Shown here: positions 10,544-19,632 of the stretch, piece by piece
How the letters are laid out: each line of letters starts with the position of its first letter
Numbering within the stretch: the first letter of the stretch is position 1
Notes under the pieces: generated by a model
What the model saw: only the letters and a program-made list of their open reading frames with translations
Told to the model about the DNA's origin: nothing
Database searches by the model: none
DNA from: a bacterium
Lineage (GTDB): Bacteria; Hinthialibacterota; Hinthialibacteria; Hinthialibacterales; Hinthialibacteraceae
DNA: 64,000 nt
NCBI GenBank assembly: GCA_963663405.2
Contig: CAXXSM010000104.1
Span: forward strand, 1-64,000
Reading direction: 5' to 3'
Program-made: the position numbers and the translations under genes

Positions 10544-12015
10544 ACGGAACAAAGCGGGCAGGTATAAACCAGATCGGGCTGGCGGGCGGCGGCGACTTCG
10601 TCCAATCGTCTCACTGGCGTAGTGTGGGGCGCGTTGCGTACACGATCGGGATCGGTTTTATATTCCTCCAGGATTTCTTTGATCGCTTCAACAAATGAGT
10701 CGAGAGTCTGTTTCGATTCTGATTCAGTCGGTTCGATCATTAGCGCTTCTTTTGCGATCAATGGAAAGTAGACCGTTGGCGCATGAAATCCGTGATCGAG
10801 TAGATTCTTCGCTAAGACCATCGCGTTCAAATCACCGAATCGGTCTTTATCTTTCAGAGTCAGAACAAATTCGTGCATGCAATCAGCGGGGAGAAAGGCG
10901 GGGATCATCGATTCGATCTCTTTTTTAAGATATCGCGCGTTAAGAACCGCCGTCTCGCTGTTTTTCCGGATGCCTTCCAGGCCATGCAGGCGGAGATACA
11001 CATACGCCCGTAACGCGATCCCTACGTTGCCAAAAAACGTCGAAAGCTGTCCGACGCTCTTTTCTTTTTCATAATCAAGGCGATAGAGACCATCCCGCTT
11101 TTCGATCACTGGCGTTGGCAGATAGGGAACTAATGTTTCATTGACTCCAACCGGACCGCTTCCGGGGCCGCCACCTCCATGCGGTGTGGCGAAAGTTTTA
11201 TGTAAATTGAGGTGGATGATATCGAATCCCATATCCCCCGGCTGGGCGATTCCCGCTATCGCGTTAAGATTGGCCCCATCGTAATAAAGGAGCGCGCCCG
11301 CGTCATGGACCAGCCGCGCGATCTCTTCAATTTCTTTTTCGAAGAGACCGAGTGTGTTTGGATTCGTCAGCATGAGAGCGGCGGTGTCTTCATTGATTTT
11401 CTTTTTTAGATCCTCCAGATCGACACAGCCTTCCGCATTCGATTTGACTTCCACTGTTTTAAAGCCAGCCATGACAGCGGAAGCGGGATTAGTACCATGC
11501 GCGGAATCGGGTACCAGCACCACGGAACGGTTGTTTCCACAATCTTTGTGATATGCCCGCGCAATCAACATTCCACAAAATTCGCCATGCGCCCCCGCGC
11601 AGGGATTCAACGTCACGGCTTCCATTCCCGTGAGGTAAGCGAGAGAACGGGAGAGGGCGTCCATTAACCGCAGCGTACCCTGTGCGAATTGACTGTCCGT
11701 GAGTGGATGAAGATTGGCGAAGCCCGGCAGACCGCTGAGCGCTTCACAAACCTTTGGATTGTACTTCATTGTGCAAGAACCCAGCGGGTAGAATCCACTG
11801 TCCACACTGAAATTCTTGCGCGACAGGCGGGTGAAATGGCGGACGGTTTCCAACTCGCTTAAATTTGGAATATCGGGCGCCTGTTCCGCTATGCAATCAG
11901 TGGGAAGAATTGAATTGATCGGTTCTTCTTCCGGTTCCGGCGCCGGAAACCAATCACGTCCTTCTCCACCATGATCGAGTTCGAATATTGTCGGTTCGTT
12001 CGCATCCAACGGCAT
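10540..12015 (-). CDS. gcvPB: Glycine dehydrogenase (aminomethyl-transferring) subunit 2
   Basis: YPLGSCTMKYNPK, AGAHGE, SAHGTNPASA, PLP lysine motif HLNLHKTFATPHGGGGPG, MIEPTESES. Start placed at ATG 12015 behind an AAGGAG RBS (ORF track starts at 12081). Confidence 0.96.
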   Translation of the reverse strand: MPLDANEPTIFELDHGGEGRDWFPAPEPEEEPINSILPTDCIAEQAPDIPNLSELETVRHFTRLSRKNFSVDSGFYPLGSCTMKYNPKVCEALSGLPGFANLHPLTDSQFAQGTLRLMDALSRSLAYLTGMEAVTLNPCAGAHGEFCGMLIARAYHKDCGNNRSVVLVPDSAHGTNPASAVMAGFKTVEVKSNAEGCVDLEDLKKKINEDTAALMLTNPNTLGLFEKEIEEIARLVHDAGALLYYDGANLNAIAGIAQPGDMGFDIIHLNLHKTFATPHGGGGPGSGPVGVNETLVPYLPTPVIEKRDGLYRLDYEKEKSVGQLSTFFGNVGIALRAYVYLRLHGLEGIRKNSETAVLNARYLKKEIESMIPAFLPADCMHEFVLTLKDKDRFGDLNAMVLAKNLLDHGFHAPTVYFPLIAKEALMIEPTESESKQTLDSFVEAIKEILEEYKTDPDRVRNAPHTTPVRRLDEVAAARQPDLVYTCPLCSV

Positions 12016-12073
12016 GTTTGTATCTACTCCTTTTTTCTTCCCTCTAAATTGCCATTTTTCTCCAGCGGGTGGA

Positions 12074-13411
12074 TTATCCAATCATCTTTGAAAGAAGATG
12101 ACTGTAGCGGTCGATATCCACTGGATTCGTTTTCTCCGTCGCGCAGACCAACAACGCTTCTTTGGAACCAGTTTCCGCTCCGCTGATGGGAATCCCGGCG
12201 AGAATGTTTTCTTCACTGGCCTTGTCGAGCCATTGCTGTATGGGGATGGGCAGTTCAATCACAAATTCATTAAAGAATGGACGATCGAATCGCAGGCGGA
12301 CGCCATTGATCTTACAGAGATGGTCTTTCAACGCATGGGCGTTGCGCGCGCTGCGCTCCGCCGCGCTCCGTAAACCTTTTGAGCCCATCAATGTGAGATA
12401 GACCGTCGATGCCAGGGCGCAGAGCGCCTGGTTCGTGCAGATGTTGGATGTCGCCTTCGCCCGGCGGATATGTTGTTCGCGGGTCTGCAGGGTCAAGGTG
12501 AATCCTGGATTCCCATCCCGGTCTTTCGCGCGTCCCGCAAGACGTCCGGGCATTTGACGGATATATTTTTGTTTCGCGGCGAGAATCCCCGCGTAGGGGC
12601 CTCCATAATTCAACGCCAGCCCTAGAGATTGTAGATCGCCGGAGACGATATCCGCCCCCCACTCTCCCGGCGATTTCAACAGCCCTAGGGAATGCGGATA
12701 GACGGATGCGCCAAGGAGCGCGTCTGAGTGGTTTACGATCTCCGCGATGGAATCGACCGGTTCGAAAATACCAAAGTAGTTTGGTTGAGAAACGAAAAAC
12801 GCGGCGGTGTCCGCGTCGATGGTTTCTTTGAGGCTGCCGAGATCTGTGATCCCTTCTGTGTGGGGAATCTCGATGAGTTCGATCGCTTGCGCTTCTAAGT
12901 AGGTTCGCAGCACCCGGCGATACTGTGGATTGACCGCAGCGCTGACAAGAATTTTACTCTTGCGCCGGACGCGGCAGGCCATCAACGCCGCTTCCGCGAG
13001 AGCTGAAGCGCCATCGTACATCGAAGCGTTGGCCGCTTCCATGCCCGTCAACCGGCTGAGCAGAGTTTGAAACTCATAGATCGCCTGTAGTGTCCCCTGG
13101 CTCGCTTCCGCTTGGTAGGGTGTATAGGCGGTGTAGAAATCCCCACGGGAGATCAGGGCGTTGACGGTTCGGGGAACGAAATGATCGTAGGCTCCACCGC
13201 CGAGAAACGACACCATCGATCCACCCTCGTTTTTTTGCGCGGCTTTTTCCATCTCCTCTACGATTTCCATCTCTGTGACCGGCGTGGGAATCTCGATCTC
13301 TGGATCGAGAAAGGCGGAGGGGATCATATGAAAGAGTTCGCTGGGATTGTTGAGCCCCACCGCGCTCAACATGCGTTGCGTCTCATCGGCCGTATGAGGA
13401 ATGTAATCCAT
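12074..13411 (-). CDS. gcvPA: Glycine dehydrogenase subunit 1
   Basis: MDYIPHT start (ATG 13411), FYTAYTPYQAEASQG, ANASMYDGA, LQTREQHIRRAKATSNICTNQAL. Confidence 0.96.
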   Translation of the reverse strand: MDYIPHTADETQRMLSAVGLNNPSELFHMIPSAFLDPEIEIPTPVTEMEIVEEMEKAAQKNEGGSMVSFLGGGAYDHFVPRTVNALISRGDFYTAYTPYQAEASQGTLQAIYEFQTLLSRLTGMEAANASMYDGASALAEAALMACRVRRKSKILVSAAVNPQYRRVLRTYLEAQAIELIEIPHTEGITDLGSLKETIDADTAAFFVSQPNYFGIFEPVDSIAEIVNHSDALLGASVYPHSLGLLKSPGEWGADIVSGDLQSLGLALNYGGPYAGILAAKQKYIRQMPGRLAGRAKDRDGNPGFTLTLQTREQHIRRAKATSNICTNQALCALASTVYLTLMGSKGLRSAAERSARNAHALKDHLCKINGVRLRFDRPFFNEFVIELPIPIQQWLDKASEENILAGIPISGAETGSKEALLVCATEKTNPVDIDRYSHLLSKMIG

Positions 13412-13524
13412 GGTTTCTCCCAATTGATCAAAGTTGGGTGGAACAAATAAGTGTTCCATCGCCGTGATTTAGAAACTAAATGTTATCTTTCTATTCTATC
13501 AGTGTGAAAAGGAAAATACGGTGT

Positions 13525-13614
13525 AATGGAGCGCGGGTGTCCCGCTCGTGAAAGATAATTTTAACTATCAATGGAGCGAGGGCGTCTCGCCCGTAAAAGA
13601 TACGATTGACTATC
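13525..13614. repeat. Two tandem 45-bp units, each with a REP-like GC hairpin
   Basis: AATGGAGCGCGGGTGTCCCGCTCGTGAAAGATAATTTTAACTATC followed by AATGGAGCGAGGGCGTCTCGCCCGTAAAAGATACGATTGACTATC. Confidence 0.75.
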
Positions 13615-13648
13615 AATTGTAAAGAACTTCAGACAATACAATTTAAAA

Positions 13649-14032
13649 TCAAGATTCACTCTCAAGAAAGGCTTGATAAGCCGCGGCGTCCATCAATTCG
13701 TCTAATTCAGCGGGATTGGAGAGTTCAATCTTTACAATCCAGCCTTCATTGTATGGATCTTTGTTGATCGACTCCGGTTTTTGGAGGAGCGCTTCGTTGA
13801 CGGCGCTTATTGTGCCGGAAACCGGCGCGTACAATTCCGCCGCGATCTTGCAGGATTCAATCACCCCGCATTCCTCTTCCGCCGTCACGTCTCTCCCCGT
13901 TTCCGGTAGTTCGACGAATACGATATCCGTCAATTGTTCCTGCGCGTAATGCGTAATCCCCACCGTAACGGAATCGTTCTCACGTTTGATCCATTCATGG
14001 GATTTCGTATAAAGCAATCCTTCCGGAATCAT
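13649..14032 (-). CDS. gcvH: Glycine cleavage system H protein
   Basis: MIPEGLLYTKSHEW, VGITHYAQEQL, lipoyl-Lys motif IESCK, APVSG, NKDPYNEGW. Confidence 0.96.
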   Translation of the reverse strand: MIPEGLLYTKSHEWIKRENDSVTVGITHYAQEQLTDIVFVELPETGRDVTAEEECGVIESCKIAAELYAPVSGTISAVNEALLQKPESINKDPYNEGWIVKIELSNPAELDELMDAAAYQAFLESES

Positions 14033-14110
14033 CCTGACTATCCTTTCATCCAATGTGATCTAATTTATTATCTTTAACTCATAGAAAGAACCGAAGGGGG
14101 AGAGGAGAAT

Positions 14111-14683
14111 TTATTGTTTTTTCGCTTTCGTTGTCATTTTTGTCCAGAAATAGTTGAAGGAGGCGGAGTGGTTTTTAGCCCTGGATGGATTGAATTTTGG
14201 CGCCATTGTTTTTGCGAATGCGATTTTATTGAGCGCGGATGAATTCTCTTTTTTCCACATTTCTTTTAGTAAACCAATGGCGCCCTTTTCGCCGGTATCT
14301 TTTGGCGCCTCGTAATTCGCTTTGAGCAGTATTGCGTTAATCGCTTCTTCATCGGCCAGGAACCAGGATTCCAATTCACGAATCACGACGCAGATAAAGA
14401 GATAGCGCTCCTCAATTGGTTTTCTTGCTTCTTTCTTAACAGATGTATCAAATGAGTTTATTTGGGCTGAAACACAAGGATTCTTGTGAAGATCAACGAG
14501 AATGAAACCTGCGTCATAATGACAATTCCGGAATGTTTCGAGAAGACTAGGGGCTTCGCGTATTAATTTTTCCCGGGTTTTCATATTACGGATATCAAAA
14601 TCTATATTCCAGAAATGATTTCGAAGGACGATATCCCAAAATTTCTTCGCGGAAGGTTCCTCCACGCCGATCCCTATTTTCAT
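14111..14683 (-). CDS. DUF4276-family (TOPRIM-like) protein, partner of the upstream ATPase
   Basis: MKIGIGVEEPS (TOPRIM-like VE motif), ILVDLH, signature VIRELESWFLADEEAI, C-terminal SASF. ATGA overlap with the ATPase stop. Confidence 0.75.
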   Translation of the reverse strand: MKIGIGVEEPSAKKFWDIVLRNHFWNIDFDIRNMKTREKLIREAPSLLETFRNCHYDAGFILVDLHKNPCVSAQINSFDTSVKKEARKPIEERYLFICVVIRELESWFLADEEAINAILLKANYEAPKDTGEKGAIGLLKEMWKKENSSALNKIAFAKTMAPKFNPSRAKNHSASFNYFWTKMTTKAKKQ

Positions 14684-15834
14684 GGAATCCCCCCCAACGC
14701 GCCTTGTATCCATAGTTCGCCTAGACTGAAACTCTTTCTGAAATTTTCGATATCCTCGACATCCGACGCCCGTTTAGTTCGAGTGAATCCATCGATTTTA
14801 TCGCAAAGGATCACTTCGTCTGGATTGAGATGATCCAGGAAATCTGGATTGTGAGTGGTTATTAAAAATTGAGTGTCATAACGCTCCGCCGCATTTCTGA
14901 ATAATTCTACAATATATCCGAAAAGATGGGGATGAATCCCATTTTCAGGTTCTTCGATCAAGATAAGAGGTGAATTCTTCGCTGCCCACGTCGCAATAAC
15001 AACAAGGACAAGCAGACGGATCGTTCCATCTGATACAGCAAACGGATTGATCCCTCCCCGAATTTTATCTTCCAGAACTTGGAATCCCCATTTTCCTTCA
15101 AAAGGTTCTTGCGAAGTTTTTACTCCTTTAAATCCTGGGATAATGCCGTCTAAATTCTGCTCGAACGTGTCTTTCATTTCGGGATCGTTTTCGATTTTAT
15201 GAAGAATGGGGGCGAGGTTTTTACCGGAAGGTTCCAATTTAAGATCGGGCAATTCTCGATATGGTTGACGCGCAATGTCCGGGCTAACATTAAAAAATTG
15301 CCATCTTTTAATTGCTTCACGTAATGTCAAACAAGGCATCCTATAAAATCCTACATCCAAAGCTAAGCGAGCCGCTTCTTGACTTGGTATTTTTATTGTT
15401 TCGTCACCGGAGTTCGAATCTACGAATCTAATCTTTTTTGTATCACGCTCTAATTTGAATTTCCTTTTTGATATTAATTGTTCATCATGAGGAGATAAAA
15501 TTTCTAACCGGATAACAGGTTCGTTTTCGTTACTTCTTAGATCAAGGATTAATTGATAATCCCAACTTTTATCAATTTTTAAACGGAATTCAGATTTTTT
15601 TGTTTTATCTCGTTGGCTAAGAATTTTATTCCGTACTTCCGCATTCCCTCCAAATTCATTAACCGCATATTGCACATCTTGCATTACAGCGTTTTGCAAA
15701 AATTGAAAAGCGGAAATTAGATTCGACTTCCCCGACGCGTTCGCTCCTACAAGGAAGTTCAGACGCCCTAGTTTTATCACTTCCGCGGGTGAGCCGAAAC
15801 TTTTGAAACCTTCAATTTCGAATTCTGTTATCAT
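14680..15834 (-). CDS. ABC/SMC-like AAA ATPase (AAA_21/AAA_15 type)
   Basis: IEGFKSF, Walker A GANASGKSN, signature SDGT, Walker B/D-loop LILIEEPENGIHP, H-loop ITTHNP, C-terminal LGELW. Confidence 0.9.
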   Translation of the reverse strand: MITEFEIEGFKSFGSPAEVIKLGRLNFLVGANASGKSNLISAFQFLQNAVMQDVQYAVNEFGGNAEVRNKILSQRDKTKKSEFRLKIDKSWDYQLILDLRSNENEPVIRLEILSPHDEQLISKRKFKLERDTKKIRFVDSNSGDETIKIPSQEAARLALDVGFYRMPCLTLREAIKRWQFFNVSPDIARQPYRELPDLKLEPSGKNLAPILHKIENDPEMKDTFEQNLDGIIPGFKGVKTSQEPFEGKWGFQVLEDKIRGGINPFAVSDGTIRLLVLVVIATWAAKNSPLILIEEPENGIHPHLFGYIVELFRNAAERYDTQFLITTHNPDFLDHLNPDEVILCDKIDGFTRTKRASDVEDIENFRKSFSLGELWIQGALGGIP

Positions 15835-15864
15835 GGGTTTCTTCTTGATAATGGGATGTATTTT

Positions 15865-16008
15865 TGTCAGAATCAGGATGGTCAGGATAAGCAGGATGAA
15901 CAGGATTATTTATCTCTCATACATACACGTTAAAATTCGATGGTTGCTAGCGCTTTAATGATTCCTATCCTGAATATCCTGTTAATCCTGTGTATCCAGA
16001 TTCAGACA
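15865..16008. repeat. Palindromic ~144-bp MITE/REP-like element, copy 1
   Basis: Ends TGTCAGAATCAGGAT ... ATCCAGATTCAGACA. Four CAGGAT units at 9-nt spacing in the left arm are mirrored by four ATCC(T/A)G units in the right arm. Confidence 0.85.
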
Positions 16009-16057
16009 AAAAGAAACTCAGATATTAATAAAAACGTTTTATCTCTTAACTTGTTTC

Positions 16058-16200
16058 TGTCAGAATCAGGATGGTCAGGATATGCAGGATGGTCAGGATT
16101 TTTTTCTCTTATACATACACGTAGCAATTCGATTATTGCTTGCGCTTTGATTATTCATATCCTGAGTATCCTGTAAATCCTGGGTATCCAGATTCAGACA
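16058..16200. repeat. Palindromic ~143-bp MITE/REP-like element, copy 2 (direct repeat of copy 1, period 193 bp)
   Basis: Same termini and a similar loop (ATACATACACGT...AATTCGAT...TTGCT.GCGCTTT) as 15865-16008. Confidence 0.85.
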
Positions 16201-16207
16201 AAGCATC

Positions 16208-17278
16208 TTACCCCTTCACATGCTTCTCCACAAAAGGTGGTTTCTGTACGATTGCCGGGATTTTCTTGCCGCGTATGTCGATCGTAACACGGTCGAGTTT
16301 CTTGTATTCCGCGCTGACAAGCGCCAGGCCGATTCCTTTTTTGAGTGTGGAGGAAAAACCGCCGCTGGTCACTGTTCCGATCGCGGTGTCTTCGTGATAG
16401 ACCGTGTAGTCCTGGCGGGGAACGCCGGGGGCTTCGAGGATGAAACCGAAGCGGCGGCGGGGGATTCCTTTGTCTTTTTGATTGACCAACGCTTGTTTTC
16501 CGATGAATTCGTCTTTGTCGAAATGGACCACCCAGCCGATACCCGCTTCCAACGGGCTGATTGTTTCGTTCAATTCATGCCCGTATAGGGGATACCCCAT
16601 TTCCAGACGTAATGAATCTCTCGCTCCTAATCCGCAGGGAACCGCTCCGGCCTCGCGCGCCTGTTTCCAGATGGATTCAATGTCGCTGTTAGGTGCAATG
16701 ATCTCGAATCCATCTTCGCCGGTGTAGCCGGTCCGGGAGATGATCCAATCCCCTTCAAATTCCATCGCGTGGTAATATTGGAGAGGTTTGAGATTGTATT
16801 CAGCGATTTGTTCCGTGATGCGCAGCGCGTCCGGCCCTTGGATGGCCACCATGCCTGTTTCGAGCGTTTGGTCTTTGAATATTCCTTCATAGACAAGATG
16901 TTCTTTAAACCATGCCAGGAGTTTTTCCCGGTTGGACGCATTGACCACCATATAAAACCGGTCCGGCCCGAAACGGGTGACCAGCACGTCGTCTTTCGTT
17001 CCCCCGTCATGATTGCAGACGGTGGTATAGCGGATCTGGCCTAGGTCCATGTCTTTGGTCCGGGAGGCGATGACGTGTTTCACCGCTGTCGAAGAGGCTC
17101 CGCCTTTAATGAAAAACCGGCCCATGTGCCCGACATCGAAGATCCCCGCGCCGGTCCGCACCGCTTCGTGTTCCGCTGTAATCGACTCGTACTGCAAGGG
17201 CATCTCCCATCCGGCGAAATCGACGAGACGGGCATTTTCCTGTTGATGTTGTTTGTAGAGCGCAGTTTGATGGGCCAT
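16208..17278 (-). CDS. gcvT: Glycine cleavage aminomethyltransferase T
   Basis: [56 protein letters not shown]. Confidence 0.97.
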   Translation of the reverse strand: MAHQTALYKQHQQENARLVDFAGWEMPLQYESITAEHEAVRTGAGIFDVGHMGRFFIKGGASSTAVKHVIASRTKDMDLGQIRYTTVCNHDGGTKDDVLVTRFGPDRFYMVVNASNREKLLAWFKEHLVYEGIFKDQTLETGMVAIQGPDALRITEQIAEYNLKPLQYYHAMEFEGDWIISRTGYTGEDGFEIIAPNSDIESIWKQAREAGAVPCGLGARDSLRLEMGYPLYGHELNETISPLEAGIGWVVHFDKDEFIGKQALVNQKDKGIPRRRFGFILEAPGVPRQDYTVYHEDTAIGTVTSGGFSSTLKKGIGLALVSAEYKKLDRVTIDIRGKKIPAIVQKPPFVEKHVKG

Positions 17279-17514
17279 GAAAAAACCTTCCCGGTAGAAA
17301 CCTATAAATCATATGCGTATAGTAATAGTAAGAAAAATTGTACCACGGAATCGGTGTTTATCCAACGCGGCGCCGGGTCATTTCATCCAAACCTTATATG
17401 ACTCGCTTGCATGGAATTCGCGCGTGTTTGATCTCTTGGGGGTTGCTTTAAATCCGTTTTTCCCTCTATCATCTTTTAATATCTTTAAAACCAAACCATC
17501 GGAGTTTACCCATT

Positions 17515-18741
17515 ATGGACAAGCCTTCAAACACTCAATCAATCTCTAGACGTCACTTCGTTCAATCCACCGCCGTGGGCGCCGGTTTGACGCTCGCCCG
17601 TCCCGAATTGGTGTTCGGTTCCTCCGCCAATTCAGCCTTTCAACTGGGGGTGATCGGCTGCGGGGGCCGGGGCAATAACGACGCGGGTGTGTTTATCCGC
17701 TACTCAAACACTCAGGTCACCGCCTTGGCCGATATGTTTGAAGACCGCTTGGGGCGTACGAAAGAGCGGTTGGACAGCCGGTTAAAAGAAGCGGATCGTC
17801 CCCCAATCGACTCATCCCGCCTATATCAAGGGATGAACAGTTATCAAGAGTTGCTCGCGACGGATGTGGATGGCGTCTTAATCACCAGCCCGCCTTACTA
17901 CCATCCTCTTCACTTGGAAGCCGCGATCGACGCGGGGAAACACGCCTACTGTGAAAAACCAGTGGCGACAGATGTCGTGGGCGCCAAGCGTGTTATCGCG
18001 GCGGGGAAAAAGGCGGAAGGTAAAGTCAGCGTCGCGGTTGGATTCCAAATTCGTCACAGCAAAGAATTCCAAGAAATCGCCAAACGCGTCCACCGGGGCG
18101 ATATCGGTAAACCAGTCTGTGGGCAAGTGTACTATCATACGGGCCGATTGGGGAACCGTGGACGCCGGGGCGCGTCCGAGCAGGAAAACCGCCTTCGAAA
18201 CTGGGTATTCGACCAGGAACTGTCGGGGGATATCATTGTCGAACAGAATATCCATGTGATCGACGTCGCGAACTGGTACCTGCAGAATCATCCCATCAAA
18301 GCTTACGGCACAGGCGGCCGCAAAGCGCGCACCGATGTGGGTGACTGTTGGGATCATTTCATCGTCACGTTCTGGTATCCGGATGATGTGTTGATCGATT
18401 TCAGTTCCACTCAGTTCCTGCGGGGATGGGGAGACTGCCGCGAACGGATCTTCGGGACAAAAGGCTGCGCCGATTCACCCTACAACGGCTTCCCCCAGAT
18501 TACCGGCGACAACGCTTGGACGGCGGATAATGACGGCCCTCTCGATGGTACGGAAGCCAGCAAAATGAAAGCGCTGGTGGACAGCGTTATAAGCGGGAAC
18601 TACATCAACGAAACTGCGATCGGCGCCGAAAGCACGATGACCTCCATTCTCGGACGGATGGCCTCCTACGAAAACCGCGAGGTGACTTGGGATGAAATGA
18701 TTCAATCCAACCAGGAATATAATCCCAATATCACGCTTTGA
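17515..18741 (+). CDS. Tat-exported Gfo/Idh/MocA family oxidoreductase
   Basis: Tat motif SRRHFV, GVIGCGGRG, YCEKPVA, SGDIIVEQNIHVIDV. Confidence 0.92.
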   Translation: MDKPSNTQSISRRHFVQSTAVGAGLTLARPELVFGSSANSAFQLGVIGCGGRGNNDAGVFIRYSNTQVTALADMFEDRLGRTKERLDSRLKEADRPPIDSSRLYQGMNSYQELLATDVDGVLITSPPYYHPLHLEAAIDAGKHAYCEKPVATDVVGAKRVIAAGKKAEGKVSVAVGFQIRHSKEFQEIAKRVHRGDIGKPVCGQVYYHTGRLGNRGRRGASEQENRLRNWVFDQELSGDIIVEQNIHVIDVANWYLQNHPIKAYGTGGRKARTDVGDCWDHFIVTFWYPDDVLIDFSSTQFLRGWGDCRERIFGTKGCADSPYNGFPQITGDNAWTADNDGPLDGTEASKMKALVDSVISGNYINETAIGAESTMTSILGRMASYENREVTWDEMIQSNQEYNPNITL

Positions 18742-18771
18742 TCATTAGTTATATGATTCAAGCGAATATAG

Positions 18772-18800
18772 AAGGCGGTCCAATGGGCCGCCTTTTCTTT
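18772..18800 (+). terminator. Intrinsic terminator
   Basis: AAGGCGGTCC-AAT-GGGCCGCCTT stem followed by TTCTTT, 30 bp after the oxidoreductase stop. Confidence 0.75.
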
Positions 18801-18832
18801 ACGCTAAATTCTGTTTCGATTCGCTCCAATGG

Positions 18833-19243
18833 TTACCGGCTCAACCGCTGGGCGATTTCTTCCTCCGTGTATTCCTCGATTGAGAGACTGAGATGGTTCT
18901 GGATTTCCTCCCAAGGCAGACCGATTTCTTCAAAGAAATCTTCCGTGAGCCGCTTCTCCCATTCGAAAATCCATTCCCGCAGGCTGGAGAGTGTCTTGCA
19001 TTGATCGAGATTATCGGGTTTAGCGGGCAGAGGCCGTGTTTGTAAACTTGTCCGTTCCGCGTCACCCGCCGTCTCGAAACTTTCAGCGTACGCTTCGTCT
19101 TCACCGCTGATGGGGAGCATCCATTCTTCCGGCTGCCTGTTTTCGAAATCGTCGTACCATTCAGCGGCGGTTTGTTTGGCTTCTTCAAAATTATCCCGCA
19201 ATTCGAGCCGTTTAGCGTCCGCGATTTTGTAGAACATTTTCAT
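18833..19243 (-). CDS. Hypothetical acidic protein
   Basis: GAAGGAG RBS before ATG (MKMFYKIADAKRLEL...); Glu-rich with protein-like composition; no known motif. Confidence 0.65.
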   Translation of the reverse strand: MKMFYKIADAKRLELRDNFEEAKQTAAEWYDDFENRQPEEWMLPISGEDEAYAESFETAGDAERTSLQTRPLPAKPDNLDQCKTLSSLREWIFEWEKRLTEDFFEEIGLPWEEIQNHLSLSIEEYTEEEIAQRLSR

Positions 19244-19420
19244 GGTTGTCTCCTTCCACGCTCTGGATGGTTCACCCACAGCCGTTCATCTTCGCGATCT
19301 TTCTTTTATGTTCAAATTACAATTCGTGCGTTTGTTATAAAAAATCTTAACCAAACGTGACATGATGTCAACAATTTTTTTGGGGAATTTCTTGGATAGT
19401 GGATAACCGCAGGAATATGA

Positions 19421-19588
19421 AAAGAGAATCTCGGCCAGAAACGTGACAGTATCTCAGAAGGGCTTCAGCGCTATCATGAAGGCTGCCATCTCATCATGTA
19501 TCGCAAAGAAGAAAAAGGGATTGTCTTCATTCGCGCGCTCCATGACCGAATCGATACTTCAGAAAGAATCAAGGAAATAGAAAAGTGA
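19421..19588 (+). pseudogene. C-terminal remnant of a ParE/RelE-family toxin
   Basis: My translation gives KENLGQKRDSISEGLQRYHEGCHLIMYRKEEKGIVFIRALHDRIDTSERIKEIEK*, matching the ParE C-half pattern G..R.....G.R......H.I.YR.....I.I.R.LH...D. There is an in-frame stop immediately upstream and no start for the full-length gene. Confidence 0.7.
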
Positions 19589-19632
19589 TTTTTCTTAATC
19601 TGTTTAATCCACCCTTTAGTCTATTCACCTAT

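Noticed and set aside
15940-16176. 78-aa ORF with ILxIL repeats
   Set aside because: Translation artefact of the 9-nt periodic palindromic repeat.
15865-16200. CRISPR array
   Set aside because: Only two long palindromic units with similar rather than unique internal sequence, and no cas genes.
17279-17514. Glycine riboswitch upstream of gcvT
   Set aside because: No GGAGA...CCGAAG...CTCTCAGG core on the minus strand; the region looks like a plain divergent promoter.
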